DNA of 64,000 bases from Octopus vulgaris (taxonomy: Eukaryota): positions 4,774,001 through 4,838,000 of the forward strand of contig OX597822.1 in assembly GCA_951406725.2 (NCBI GenBank), in the 5' to 3' direction. Both the position numbers and the translations under genes were made by a program. Positions 38,921-51,275 of the stretch are shown here, one piece after another (the stretch's first letter is position 1; each line of letters starts with the position of its first letter). The notes under the pieces were generated by a model. It was not told the DNA's origin and searched no databases. It saw nothing but the letters and a program-made list of their open reading frames with translations.

Positions 38921-39065
38921 GTAATAATAATAATAATAATGAAATTATTGTATACAGTGTTCAGGTGCACCACAACTTGTCAAAAGTGCATATGAAGTAC
39001 ATGCAGTAATGTACAAATGTATGGAAAGCGAACAGTGTATGAGTCAGATACATGATTGTGTATGT
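38878..39065 (-). mobile_element. (TTA)n-tailed 3' end of an unassigned retroposon
   Basis: (AAT)n at 38878-38940 abuts a non-repetitive block of ~125 bp. The tail polarity suggests a minus-strand 3' end; the family is not recognised. Confidence 0.35.
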
Positions 39066-39152
39066 ATTAGCACCAGTAATAAAGCTAAAGGACATAAATT
39101 GTAATGTTTATTATAAACCATATGCATCGTTACTTATAAATTTAATTTTTTA

Positions 39153-39545
39153 TCTTTTACTTGTTTCAGCCATCAGACTACGGCCATGCTGGGGCACCAC
39201 CTTGAAGAATTTTTATTGAATGAGCTGACCCCAGTGCTTACATTTTTAAAGCCAGGTACTTATTCCATTGATCTCTCTTGCTGAACTACTAGGTTACAGG
39301 GACATAAACATACCAATACCAGTTGTCAAGCAGTGATGGGTGACAAAGACAGACAAACAAATACACACACATATGTATGTATATATGACAGGCTTCTTAC
39401 AGTTTTTGCCTAGTGAATCTACTCACACATCTTATGTTGGCCAGAGGCTACAACAGAAGATGCTTGCTCAAAATGCAGTGCAGAGGGACTGAACCTGGAA
39501 CCATATGCTTGGGGAAGCAAACTTTTTACCACACAGCCGCACCTG
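39153..39545 (-). mobile_element. Family B SINE (diverged)
   Basis: Similarity to 24161-24574. Confidence 0.8.
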
Positions 39546-39693
39546 CATCTAAAAATTGAACTCAGCAAGATTTGAAGACGGAATGTAAAGAATTGGAATA
39601 AATATTGCAATGTATTTCCTTTACACTCTATTGTATTTCCCTGCAAACATTTCTTACTAGAAATCTAAATATATCTTAATTATATAAATTCTT

Positions 39694-40006
39694 GGAGGCG
39701 CAATGGCCCAGTGGTTAGGGCAGCGGACTCGCAGTCGTAGGATCGCGGTTTCGATTCCCAGACCGGGCGTTGTGAGTGTTTATTGAGCGAAAACACCTAA
39801 AGCTCCACGAGGCTCCAACAGGGGGGTGGGGGCTGCGATCCCTGCTGTACTCTTTCGCCACAACTTTCTCTCACTCTTTCTTCTGTCGGCCTGCTCACTT
39901 AGCCAGTGGGGTGGCGTCATTTGAAGGCTAAAACAATGCGAAGCGCATTGTGACCAGCGATGTGTAACAACATCTGATGGTCTGGTCGGTCACGGTGATC
40001 ACGGTG
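39694..40006 (+). mobile_element. SINE family A, tail type 2, full length
   Basis: Intact A/B boxes; 12-bp TSD atataaattctt (39682-39693 / 40007-40018). Confidence 0.92.
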
Positions 40007-40468
40007 ATATAAATTCTTACCTTCTGTAATTTCCATAAAAATTTAACATACGGGACACTAGTTCAGACAAACATCTAAATGAGGCATATGCTGAATAGGA
40101 TACTACAAGACACTAATAGAAAATAAATCACTGCACAAAATTAGATTCAGTTTGATAGAAATAAAAATTTTTACTAGCATATTATGATTGTGTTGGAGTG
40201 TTTGTGCAGCACCAATGAGTGGAACACAAGTTCTGACCTACAAAAGGGTAACAACCACTGCTAAGGGGCAAGAAACAAAGGTGATATTGTGAAATGATTA
40301 ATTTTGTTTTGGTCGAACCACTTCAATTCTGCTGCTATTAACTTTCAGAAAGAATGTAACATTAATTCGTTCATCGCTGATTTTTTTTCCCCTTCCCTAA
40401 GGTAACATGACTTAGATTTTAATTGCATGACACATAGCCAGTATTTAGAACTCCATGTGCATCCTTAT

Positions 40469-40852
40469 GGAAGCACTCCGTCGGTTACGACAACGAGGGT
40501 TCCGGTTGATCCGAATCAACGGAACAGCCTGCTCGTGAAATTAACGTGTAAGTGGCTGAGCACTCCACAGACATGTGTACCCTTAACGTAGTTCTTGGGG
40601 ATATTCAGCGTGACAAGAGAGTGACAAGGCCGGCCCTTTGAAATACAGGTACAACAGAAACAGGAAGTAAGAGTGAGAGAAAGTTGTGGTGACAGAGTAC
40701 AGCAGGGATCACCACCATCCCCTGCCGGAGCCTCGTGGAGCTTTTAGGTGTTTTCGCTCAATAAACACTCACAACGCCCGGTCTGGGAATTGAAACCGCG
40801 ATCCTATGACCGCGAGTCCGCTGCCCTAACCACTGGGCCATTGCGCCTCCAC
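40469..40852 (-). mobile_element. SINE family A, tail type 1, full length
   Basis: 13-bp TSD tgtgcatccttat (40456-40468 / 40853-40865). Confidence 0.93.
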
Positions 40853-41254
40853 TGTGCATCCTTATACAAACAAAGTGAAAAACAAGCAAAGAGAACTTAT
40901 GCAATATAGATCAAGTTTCCTTTCACCGGTCTCTATAGTTAGAAAGATCACACAGTGCGTAAAGAAAAAACAGACCTAGAGAGGTTCATAAATTATATAA
41001 TTACATCACCTTACATATATTGGTCATTGAATACGGCTGGGAAAGAGCATTTATATTTGGTACTCAGTGTAATTTGGGGCTGGTAATTTTCCTTGATTGG
41101 TTCTGTGTGGCAGTCTCTTGGGACTTTAAAATATATGTATTGTGTGTACTGTCACTTTACATTTGTTTAATTTCTATCTAATCTCTGACACTTTTTGTAA
41201 TCTGCTCCTGTAATGACCCCTTAGCCTGTCATCCCTCATCTGTCACTCTTGAAG

Positions 41255-41256
41255 TG

Positions 41257-41311
<55 letters not shown>

Positions 41312-41328
41312 TAATAATGATGATGATG

Positions 41329-41371
<43 letters not shown>

Positions 41372-41402
41372 TAATAATAATAATAATAATGATAATAATA
41401 AT
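41255..41402. repeat. (AAT)n/(GAT)n microsatellite
   Basis: Direct reading. Confidence 0.95.
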
Positions 41403-41624
41403 ATCCTACGCAAAATACTTTCTTTGTAATCTCAAGTTTTAAAACAAACATAATTTTCATATGGTTTTTTAGGCATTCACTAGTACAACACCAAGTACAA
41501 AACAAAATATATGGCACCCTAGGCATAACACTAACATGAACTTCCAACTTGTTGTCTCTTGAGGTCTCTGGGTGAGACTTGAGACTTGGAGCCAGCTTGT
41601 GCAAATGTAAAGCAAAAGTCAAAC

Positions 41625-41627
<3 letters not shown>
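41403..41627 (+). mobile_element. Severely 5'-truncated R4/Dong-like retrotransposon 3' end (last codons + 3' UTR) inside (TAA)n
   Basis: atc cta cgc aaa ata ctt tct ttg taa = ILRKILSL*, like the R4/Dong C-terminus (GTAHILRKVLS); (TAA)n on both flanks. Confidence 0.65.
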
Positions 41628-41655
<28 letters not shown>

Positions 41656-41679
41656 TAATATTGTTATATAGGTAGTTTT

Positions 41680-43272
41680 GGCTGAAATAGTAAAGCAGCA
41701 GATGCAATGCTTTGAGTTAAAATCCTGTTGACATTGACTCTGTCTCTTGTCCTCTCGGGGTCAATAAAATAAATAATGGTTAAGTATCAGGCTGATTAAA
41801 TTAATTACATTTCACCAATTTAAATTTAGTCTACCATCAATATTCCAAATTACTATTATTAGGTGATGAACTGGCAGAATCATTAGTATGTTGGATCAAA
41901 TAGTGGGACTTCCTCTGTTTTCTATCGTATGTTCTGAGTTCAAATTCTGCCGAGGTTGACTTTGCCTTTTATCCTTTTGGGTTTGATAAAATAAGTATCA
42001 GTTGAACACTTGAGCCAATGTAATCAACTCACAACTGAAACTGCTGGCCTTGTGCCAAAATTTGAAACCCTTACTCTTTTACTCTTTTACTTGTTTCAGT
42101 CATTTGACTGCGGCCATGCTGGAGCACCGCCTTTAGTCGAGCAAATCGACTCTGGGACTTATTCTTTGTAAGCCCAGTACTTGTTCTATCAGTCTTATTT
42201 GCCGAACCGCTAAGTGACGGGGACGTAAACATACCAGCATCAGCTGTCAAGCAATGCTAGGGGGAAAAACACAGACACACAAACACATACACACACACAC
42301 ATATATATATATATACATATATACGATAGGATTCTTTCAGTTTCTGTCTACCAAATCCACTCACAAGGCATTGGTCGGCTCGGGGCTATAGCAGAAGACA
42401 CTTGCCCAAGATGCCACGCAGTGGGACTGAACCCGGAACCATGTGGTTGGTTAGCAAGCTACTTACCACACAGCCACTCTTGCGCCTTATTGTTATTATT
42501 ATTATTATTATGATAATTATAATTATTATTATTGAGGTGGCAGAATCACTAGCACGCTAGGCAAAATGCTTAGCAGCATTTCATCCGTCTTTATGTTCTG
42601 AGTTCAAATTCTGCCAAGGTCAATTTTACCTTTCATCCTTCCAGGGTCAATAAAAAAAGTACCAGTCAAGTACTGGGGTTGATCTAATCAACTATCCCTC
42701 TCCTGCCAAAATTTCAGGCCTTGTGCCTATATCAGAGAGAGTTATTATCATTATGAAGGCAGTGAGTTGTCAGGCAAAAGGCTCAGCAGCATTTTGTCCA
42801 TCTTTACATTCTGAGTTCAAATTCCACTGAAGCCGATTCTGCTTAACATCCTTTTGAGGTTGATAAAATAACTACTAGTTGAGCACTGTGGTAGATGTAA
42901 CTGACTTAGCCCCTCCCCTGGAATTGCTGGCCTTGTGTCAAAATTTGAAACCATCATTATTGTTGCTGTTTATATTAAGGCAGCAGATTGGCAGAATTTC
43001 TAGAGCATTGACAGAAAATGCAGCACAGTAGTTGTTCTGACGCTTTATGCTCTGTGTTAAAATTCTGAAGAGGTTAACTTTGCTTTCATCTTTTTGAGGT
43101 CAATAAAATAAAGTATCAATCAAGAACTGGGGTCAAAGGTATCAACTGCTCCTCTCCTCACAAAATTACAAGCCATGTGTCTAAATTAGAAACAGTTATT
43201 ATTCACTAGGGTTGATGGTATTGACTAATCCCCTCCCTTCACAATTACAGGCCTTGTGCCTAAATAAGAATT
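41680..43272 (+). mobile_element. Tandem cluster of about five family D SINEs plus one inverted partial copy
   Basis: Repeated gagttcaaattc.gcc.aggt..actttgcctttcatcc...ggtc.ataaa at ~41715, 41935, 42600, 42812 and 43055, separated by (TAT)n; inverted remnant at 43207-43272. Confidence 0.8.
42071..42487 (-). mobile_element. Family B SINE, young full-length copy inserted into the family D cluster
   Basis: CpG-rich, complete head aggcgcaagagtggctgtgtggtaag. Confidence 0.9.
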
Positions 43273-44109
43273 TACCATTTTTTAAATGAGCTTTAGTTAT
43301 TATTATTATTGCTGCTACTACTACTACTACTACTACTACTATTATTATCAATAATGTTAATATGCTAACTTTTTGTTTTTGTATATACTTGTTGTGTGTC
43401 ACACTTCAAAGAAGTGGCAAAGTGAGAGAGAGGAGGACAGAGGAAGAAAGAGAGAGTGAGAGAGAAAGAGAGGGAATGAAAGAGACAGTGAGTGGTGAAG
43501 GCGTTTGTTTTGTGTTTTTAAATGTTACAGAGAGGGTGTAAGAGAGAAAGAAAGAGATTGAGAAAGTGAGAGTGAGAGAGGAAGAGAGAGAGGGAGGGAA
43601 TGAAAGAGACAGTGAGTGGTGATCGAGTTCGTTTTGTGTTTTTAGATGTTTATCACATCACAAGAGAAGTAGCTACATATACACATTGTTAAATCAAAAG
43701 CGGGAAAGAAGAGTGACACAAAGGAAGTGAAAAAGAAAGAGAGAAAGTAAAAGTGACAGTTCATACATAGACACATAGACACAGCAAATATTGGCTATCA
43801 ATTTCACTTTTCATTACCACACGAGGATAAAATTTACTCACAAATGGCTGAGTACTTCACAGAAATGCATAACATTAATGTAGTTCTCAGGGAGAGTCAG
43901 CCTCACACAGAATATGACAAGGCTGGCCCCTTTAAATTACAGCTACAACTCGAGACATTATATATGAATGTATTTGTGTGTATGTATAGTATAGGTTAGT
44001 TAAAACATGTTTGCAATAGTAAGTGTCATGTGGTGGAAATAAATGCAATTACTAAACTTTCATTTATAAATCCATTTATTATTTCATTCTTTTGCATTTC
44101 CATTTGTAC

Positions 44110-44797
44110 ATTTGTACCCAGAAATTTTCAACAACTGCACGCTAGAAGAAATGGAAAAACAAGTAATTTTATCTCCTAAAAATTCTGACTGTTTGCAATA
44201 AATGAACAGTTCTTAAATATTATGCCAAAGGCACTTAAAACCTACTTAAGCACAGATTCAGTGTCCTGCAATAATGAAGAGGAAGTTCTGAACTATCCAT
44301 TTAAATCCATAAAGTTACTCACTCCATCTGGTATGCCTTCTCATCGCCTCAACTTAAAAGTAGGGGCTGTTGTAATGCTGCTTCGATCAGTCAAAGATTA
44401 TGTAATGGAACTCGTATGAAAGTGCAAAAACTTCATGAACATTGTGTAGAGGCATCATTGGTAACAGGCTCCAACTGAGGTTGTAGTTCTAATTCCAAGA
44501 ATTAAACTTAGCCCAAGTGATGCAAATATTCCATTAACACTAAACAGACTTCAGTTTCCACTTCAACTTGCGTATTCAATGACAATTAATAAGGCCCAAG
44601 GGCAAACATTTGAAAAAGTTGGAATACACTCGCCTCAACTGGTATTTTCTCATGGCCAATTATAGGTTGCATTTTCAAGAGCACAAGCTATGAACAATAT
44701 CAAAGTAAGAGTTATGACACTCAATTGGGATAACAGACAAGGTGAAAAAGGTGGTGTGACATGCACACAAAATATTGTCTGCCTTGAAATACAGTGA
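44110..44797 (+). pseudogene. Helitron RepHel PIF1-like helicase C-terminal fragment
   Basis: ILSPKNSD...TYLSTDSV...TPSGMPSHRLNLKVGAVVMLLRS / LCNGTRM...LIPRIKLSPSD...RLQFPLQLAYSMTINKAQGQTFEKVGI...FSHGQL*VAFSRA...TQNIVCLEIQ*, with frameshifts and stops. Confidence 0.92.
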
Positions 44798-45204
44798 GGA
44801 AGACCACCGCACCAGCTAGCATCACCACCACACCAGCCACTCCATCATTACACAACATTACACCTTTAAGATCAGGGAACCAGTTAGGGGTCCACTGGAT
44901 CTCTCTGAGCATGCCAGCAAACCACAAAATCATATCAGCCAGCATCACCACTACCTTCAAGCCTATATACATATATGTATATACGTATCTATGTATGTAT
45001 GTATAAAAAGATTATTATTATTATTATTATTATTATTATGTATGATTTCTGTATGTTATTTATATAAATATGATATATCTGGTAATATATATATATTATA
45101 TTCTTGTATTAATTTCAGTCATTAGACTATGACCATGCTTAGGCACAACCTACAAGGGTTTGGAATTATGGTTAGGATTAAAAAATCTTATATTGTAATA
45201 AAAC

Positions 45205-45241
<37 letters not shown>

Positions 45242-46669
45242 GAAATATCATTAGTAATAAGAAATTAGTTAAATTAAGCATTTTTCATGACAACACAACC
45301 CTGTATTATAATCATTATATTCATGATTTTAAATATATTCCCTGTTGGTAACACTGAAAAGAAACAAATTTTATTTTTCAAGGTAAATATACAAACTCTA
45401 AGTTTTGAAAATAAATTTGGGAGGGATCACCCCAACACTCTGATGGTCTTTGCTATCTTTATCGAGTGTGTAAATGTGTGTGTGTGTGTGTGCCTTGCAT
45501 TTGTGCATGAATGTAAGCTAATGCGCATATGAAGTTTTAAATCTCCTCAGTTCTAGAATGAATATGTTGGCTTAAATATCATAATACATAGAATTCTTAA
45601 CAATACAGATTAGAAAAGTTTAACAGAAATATTATTTATTCCTTCCATGACACTTCTTAACAATAATAACGACAATAAAAAAACAATAATAATATTATTT
45701 TGATGACGAGAATGATCCATTATTTTCAATAACAATAACAACAACAGACAGCAAAATAATGGCTGCTGCCCACCACTAAAACACAAATACCATTACTATA
45801 CCAACAGCATCATCATCATCATTACATCTTATCACCACTATTATTTATCATTGCAACTACAGCTAGCTACCTCAACTATGACTTTTTCATGTCTTTATCA
45901 AAGATTTACAAATGACAACAATGAAATAATCACACAAAGGAACACAATATACTGCAACATTTTACTAACCAACAACAACAACAACAACAATGATAATGAT
46001 AATAAACTGTACAATGAAAAGAAAAAAAAAATAATTGTAGAAGATAAATTCATAAAGAAGCAAATACACTTTTATTTTGACATTGCAATATTAACAATTC
46101 ACTAATCCTTCAGGGAGCACATGACTCTGGCAAAGAAATAGAAAAAAAAGGGTCAAAATACTACATTCAGAAAAATCAGACATTTGTAAAGGAAACAATA
46201 CTAAAGAAAGTAAAAATAAATAAATAAATAAAAGATGAGATATGAACCACGAAATAGTCACACATGTAACCTATATGAAAAAGACAACAACAATCAAACC
46301 CACAATCATATACCACGCTAACACTATACACGAATTATATTCACAGCACATGCACATATACACACATGAAAATTTGCACATATTCATATGCTCCTAATAC
46401 AAATCAACTCACATATTAAACAATGGATTTCTATGGCAAACACGCACAGACAAATACATGCACAATACACCTTGTACAAAGCCATACAATTTATTATTGC
46501 AGAAGAAATTGTGAAAATTCTAAAGTTAGCTGAGGTACAGTATCCTGTTTAATACCAATAATTTCTGGGTTCAAATTATGCCAAGATCAATGCTGCATTT
46601 CATTTTGAAAAGCTCAAATGAAATCTTCCATTTTCTCAATGTAAAAATGTTAAAACAGTAAAGGGTACA

Positions 46670-46991
46670 GCAGACCCCTTTCAGTCATGAATGATTATGA
46701 GACTGTACTTAGAAAGTTCCCCTCTGAGGCACGAGTCTGGGCAAGGCAGTTTATGGAAGGTCAGCAGTCACCCATGCATAACAGCTTCCCTTCTCCACAC
46801 TACAAATGATATCCAAGGGAAAGGCAAAGGCTGATACAGCTTGGCACCAGTGACATCACAACTCATTGCTACAGCTGAGTGAACTGGAGCAACATGAAAT
46901 AAAGTGTCTTGCTCAAGAACACAGCCTGGTCCAGGAATTGAACTCACTACCTCACTACCAACACTCTCACCACTGAGCCATGCACCTTCAC
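46670..46991 (-). mobile_element. Old tRNA SINE: same head/core as 19770-20088, different tail
   Basis: Minus head gtgaaggtgcatggctcagtgg...gagttcaattcc...gtgttcttgagcaagacactttatttcatgttgctccagttcactcagctg. Confidence 0.75.
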
Positions 46992-47156
46992 TGAGTAGTA
47001 AATAATACTCATTTATTAGATTAATTTCATTGTAATATTTAACCCCCTTTTTCTTCCTCCATAGTTCAAGTCAATTTTTTTCTACAAGTTGGATTTGAAG
47101 GAGTAGTACACATGGCCTTTACAAGCCCTCCAAAATCATTGAGATTGATGCCATTA

Positions 47157-47375
47157 ATCCTTTTAATACCAACATGTAGGAGACCACTTCCATGTCTGTG
47201 GTATAAATATTGTTTTAAAGTAATCTAAGTTAAAGCTTCCATCAAAATTTTACGTTATCTTATCTTCCAAACACTAGTTTAATAATAAAAGTTGTTTTCT
47301 TAAACACTTCATTATTTTCAAAATCAATTCAACCAAAAACAGTATATTTCAACAGAAATATGGTAATAAAAAGGC
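47157..47375. mobile_element. piggyBac-like MITE, family F (degenerate)
   Basis: ttaatccttttaatacc ... tatttcaacagaaatatggtaataaaaagg, as at 1905-1940. Confidence 0.55.
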
Positions 47376-47384
47376 TGATCAGTT

Positions 47385-47712
47385 TAACATGTTGCAAATT
47401 AACAGCTGCAGGAAAAACATGAGCAAAGAGAAGATTTCTGAAGGAAAAAAGTACAGGACTTAGTGTGGGACTTGGGAGAGGTAGACACAACAAAGGTGGT
47501 AGGAGAATGATAGATGAGTGGATCAAGAATACCTGAGTAGAGGAGGTACAAGACTAGCCAACTCCAAGAAGCTGAGGAAATTACAGTAATGGTAAAAAAA
47601 GGTAGAGAGAGGAAACAGCATATGCACATCAGTTGAGTGGCCCTTCACTAGGTGTGGTCCAAGATGTTCATGCGCATAGCAGCAGCACTGTCTCAGATGT
47701 AAGAACAAAGTT
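47385..47712 (-). mobile_element. Degenerate CR1/Jockey-group (Zenon-like) LINE C-terminal fragment
   Basis: CSYI*D...AVSSL..FYHYCNFLSFLELASLVPP...HVFPAAVNLQ resembles the CR1-Zenon pattern CSHIW...RR.VSSL..FYRYY.G.CS.EL...PP...VFP..YNL. Confidence 0.55.
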
Positions 47713-48852
47713 CTTCATTCTTTCACAATGAATAAACACATGTATAATATTAATGTTGATTCTGTAGAATGCATAAAAAACTCATCAACTTTTGAAGTGT
47801 TGTACAGTTTGAGTGGTATAGTTTATTAAGGGAGATTCTACATGATCACTTAGTCTGCTGAAAATAGCAGCTAAATCTCTCTCAAATATATGTCCTAACA
47901 TCTTGAAATAAGGATACATTAGATAACATAGTTTTAGATGCATCTTAGTTGATAAATGATGGGATGGTCACAAATTGAACATTATTGATCACAGGTGTGT
48001 TCAATTAGGGCTGATATGAAGCTAATAGACAACAACAACAACAAAAATTACAAACCATCATAATTCAAATTATTATGGCAACTGTTGAAATATGTGATGG
48101 GAAAATCTCATTGGACTAATACAATAACCTGGTTGTTGTAGAATTTAAGAACAGCAAACTCTGTCGAATTTTCCAAGAGTTGGAAATCAATACCGTGTAT
48201 CTACACATGAAATTTATATGTTTTGCAGAAATCATACATTTTGCAACCCAGATGCAGCATATTAAATATAAATCCACATGCTGTTTACAGAAAGTCAGAA
48301 ATACTTCTTCAAAGTAAGTAAGAATTTGTAAATGTCAAAGCTCTAGGCAATAAACCATTTACACAGTGACCGATTTTCACACATTAAACTTGGTGTGATC
48401 ACAGTATCATAACAATGATAACAATGATGATGATGATGACGATCTAATTATTAACTGAGCTATCACAATTATTACTGATGGAGAAAAAAAAAAAAAGAAA
48501 GAAAGAAAACTTGGAGAGACCACTTTCCTCAAAGAAGAAAAAAAATGTCACAAAATTATAACTATCTGGCTATCGAACTACATAGCAAGAAACGTGTCTA
48601 TCATTTGCGTGGTTGGTAATTGAAGCAAGTGGAAAGTATATACAATTATTTCTTTAGACACACTTCATCAGAAGCAAATTACCATTGACAATAGATATGG
48701 TGGGGGTTCATGGTCTATCATTATGTTCCTCTCTTTAGAGTATTTTTACTAAGTAGTCAATCAATCATTAATAAACACCTGCATATAAATTCTAATGTCT
48801 AATTCTTTGTAGTAGTAGTAGTAGTAGTTGTAGTAGTAGTAGTAGTAGTAAT

Positions 48853-49060
48853 GATTTCAAGTTTTGGCACAATGCCAACAAGTTCAGGGGAGGGAGTAAG
48901 TCAAACACATCAACCCCAGTGTTCAACTGGTATTTATATTATTGATCCCGTAAAGATGAAAGGCAAAGTCGATTTCAGCAGAATTTGAACTTAGAACATA
49001 AAGAGGGACAAACTACCACTAAGCATTTTTCTGGCATGGTAACAATTCTTCCAGCTTGCT
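48853..49060 (-). mobile_element. Family D SINE
   Basis: gatcccgtaaagatgaaaggcaaagtcgatttcagcagaatttgaac; (AGT)n tail to the left. Confidence 0.75.
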
Positions 49061-49077
49061 ATTTTAATAATAACAAC

Positions 49078-49118
<41 letters not shown>

Positions 49119-49119
<1 letters not shown>

Positions 49120-51275
49120 TGAAAGAATATACACTTTCCTTGAACAGAACTCAAAAAGGTTGTAAAAGAAATTTTTATGGATGCAAAGATCAATTACTCA
49201 TAAATAAAATCATCATCATCATCATCATCATTTAGCGTTCGTTCTCCATGCTAGCATGGGTTGGACGGTTCAACTGGGGTCTGTGAAGCTGGAAGGCTTC
49301 ATCAGGCCCAGTCAGATCTGGCAGTGTTTCTACGGCTGGATGCCCTTCCTAACGCCAACCACTCCGTGAGTGTAGTGGGTGCTTTTTACGTGCCACCCGC
49401 ACAGGTGCCAGACAGAGCTGGCAAACGGCCACGAACGGATGGTGCTTTTACGTGTCTACAAAATGATTGTAGAAAATGGCCAGAGCAAAAAGAACATAAG
49501 TATGGCATGGATAGACCAGAGGAAAGCGTTTGATAGGGTCCCACATAATTGGCTGCTCCAGGCCCTTGAGATATATAAGATCTCTCCTGTCATCTGCAAA
49601 TTCTTCCAAGGTAGCATAGCCAAGTGGAAGACACATCTTCTACACCCTAGGAATGGGATGAGCCAATGTAACAACATCAACATCAAACAAGGTATCTTTT
49701 AAGGTGACTCGCTCTCCTCATTACTCTTTTGAATGGCACCGGTCCCACTCTCAAATGAACTGAGTAACATCAGGTAAGGGTTCAAAGTGTATAATATTAT
49801 AGCAAACCATCTGTTTTATATGGATGATCTGAAGCTGTTTGCAACAAATGATGAAGAACCCTTAGGGTTGTTAACAACTGTTAAAGAGTTCCACAATGAC
49901 ATTGGGATGGATTTTGACCTTGATAAGTGTGTAAAAGTAACTTTTGTAAGAGGCAAGCTTAAGCAAACAGCTTCCATTAAATTAGATACTGACACTACCT
50001 TCAAGAAGCTTGACCCGCAAGAAAGCTATAAATATCTGGGGATAAATGAAGGAGATGGTATGCAATATGCTACTAAGAAGGAAAAAATAAGAAAGGTGTA
50101 TTACAAGAGAGTAAGGCTCATACTAAAAACTGAATTCAACTCCAAAAATCACAGCAAAGCCATTAACATCTGGGAACTTCCAGTAGTCCAATATATTGGA
50201 GCTCTGTAAGAGCTCCAATGCCTGGACAGGAAGACATGAAAACTACTAGCATCTAAGAACATGCACCACCCCAAAGCAGACGTTGATCAACTATACCTAC
50301 CTAGAAGTAATGGGGGGAAGAGGAATGATGCAGGTAGAACTGTGCTATAGGACTTCCACAATAGCAATGAACAAGTACTTATCGACTACAGAGGACTGGA
50401 TGCTGCAGCTTGTATGCAAACACAAAAGCAGCAAAAAATCACATTCTATTGTCAAGGGAGCTTGCAAATTTTCAAAGGAACTCGGCATTAACCCTGAATT
50501 AGATGAAGAACCTGAAACCACTGCCACCAAACAAGTAAAACAGATCAAACAGACTGCAAAGAAGAATGGTTAGAGACAAATTGAGGAGAAGTGGAACCAG
50601 AAGCTCTGCATGGACAGTATATACTTCAAAGCCGAAATGCTGATGTCGATCAAGCAACAACCCATCAGTAGCTGAGAAGCTGAGGACTGACAGCAGAGAT
50701 TGAAGGTTTCATATTAGTGGCACAAGATCAAAGCTTGCTTACCAAAAACTACCAGGCTAACATTCTTCAAAATGGTTCTGACCCTAAATGCAGATTCTGT
50801 GAAACATTTGATGAAACAACAGACCATCTTGTCTTGGGATGTCCTGTGCAGACACTAAGCAAATACAAAAATCGCCACGATAAAGAAGGACAGTATTTAC
50901 ATTGGAAAATATGTAAACGCCACAAAATCAGTTCTCCTGCTTAGTGGTATGAACATCATCCTGAACCAGTTGATGAAGGTAAAGATGTCACTGTCTTCTG
51001 GGATTTTCCAGTCAACACCAACAGAATGATCCAGGCTAATCAACCAAACAGGGAAGAAAATACCTGTAGATAAATAGGTGTAAGTGTTCCCACTGATAAA
51101 AATATACCTGTAAAGGAATTTGACAAATTAGGTAAATATAACGACCTGGAAAGTGAAATACAAAAGATGTAACATCTTTAAGTGAGAACTGTTCCTGTTA
51201 TTGTGGGTTCCCTAGGAATGATAAGAAAGGAATGTCAGAAACATCAAGATATCTCAGGAAAACCATGTCTACAGA
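49119..51275 (+). mobile_element. 5'-truncated R4/Dong-clade non-LTR retrotransposon (RT + CCHC + restriction-like endonuclease), pseudogenised
   Basis: TERIYTFLEQN..QKGCKRNFYGCKDQLLINK|MIVEN..SMAWIDQRKAFDRVPH; KQGIF*GDSLS; NHLFYMDDLKLFA; YKYLGI; HHPKADVDQLYLPR; AQDQSLLTKNY; CRFC...ETTDHLVLGC; RHD; WDFPV...NQPN...K.FDKLGKYNDL; VPVIVGSLGMI. Confidence 0.92.
49211..49459 (-). mobile_element. Family C SINE inserted into the Dong-like RT
   Basis: Splits the codons INK|MIV; short duplication aaaat (49206-49210 / 49460-49464); (CAT)n tail. Confidence 0.88.

Noticed and set aside
49379-50944. Functional reverse transcriptase gene
   Set aside because: Multiple in-frame stops and frameshifts, a SINE insertion, and truncation at both ends.
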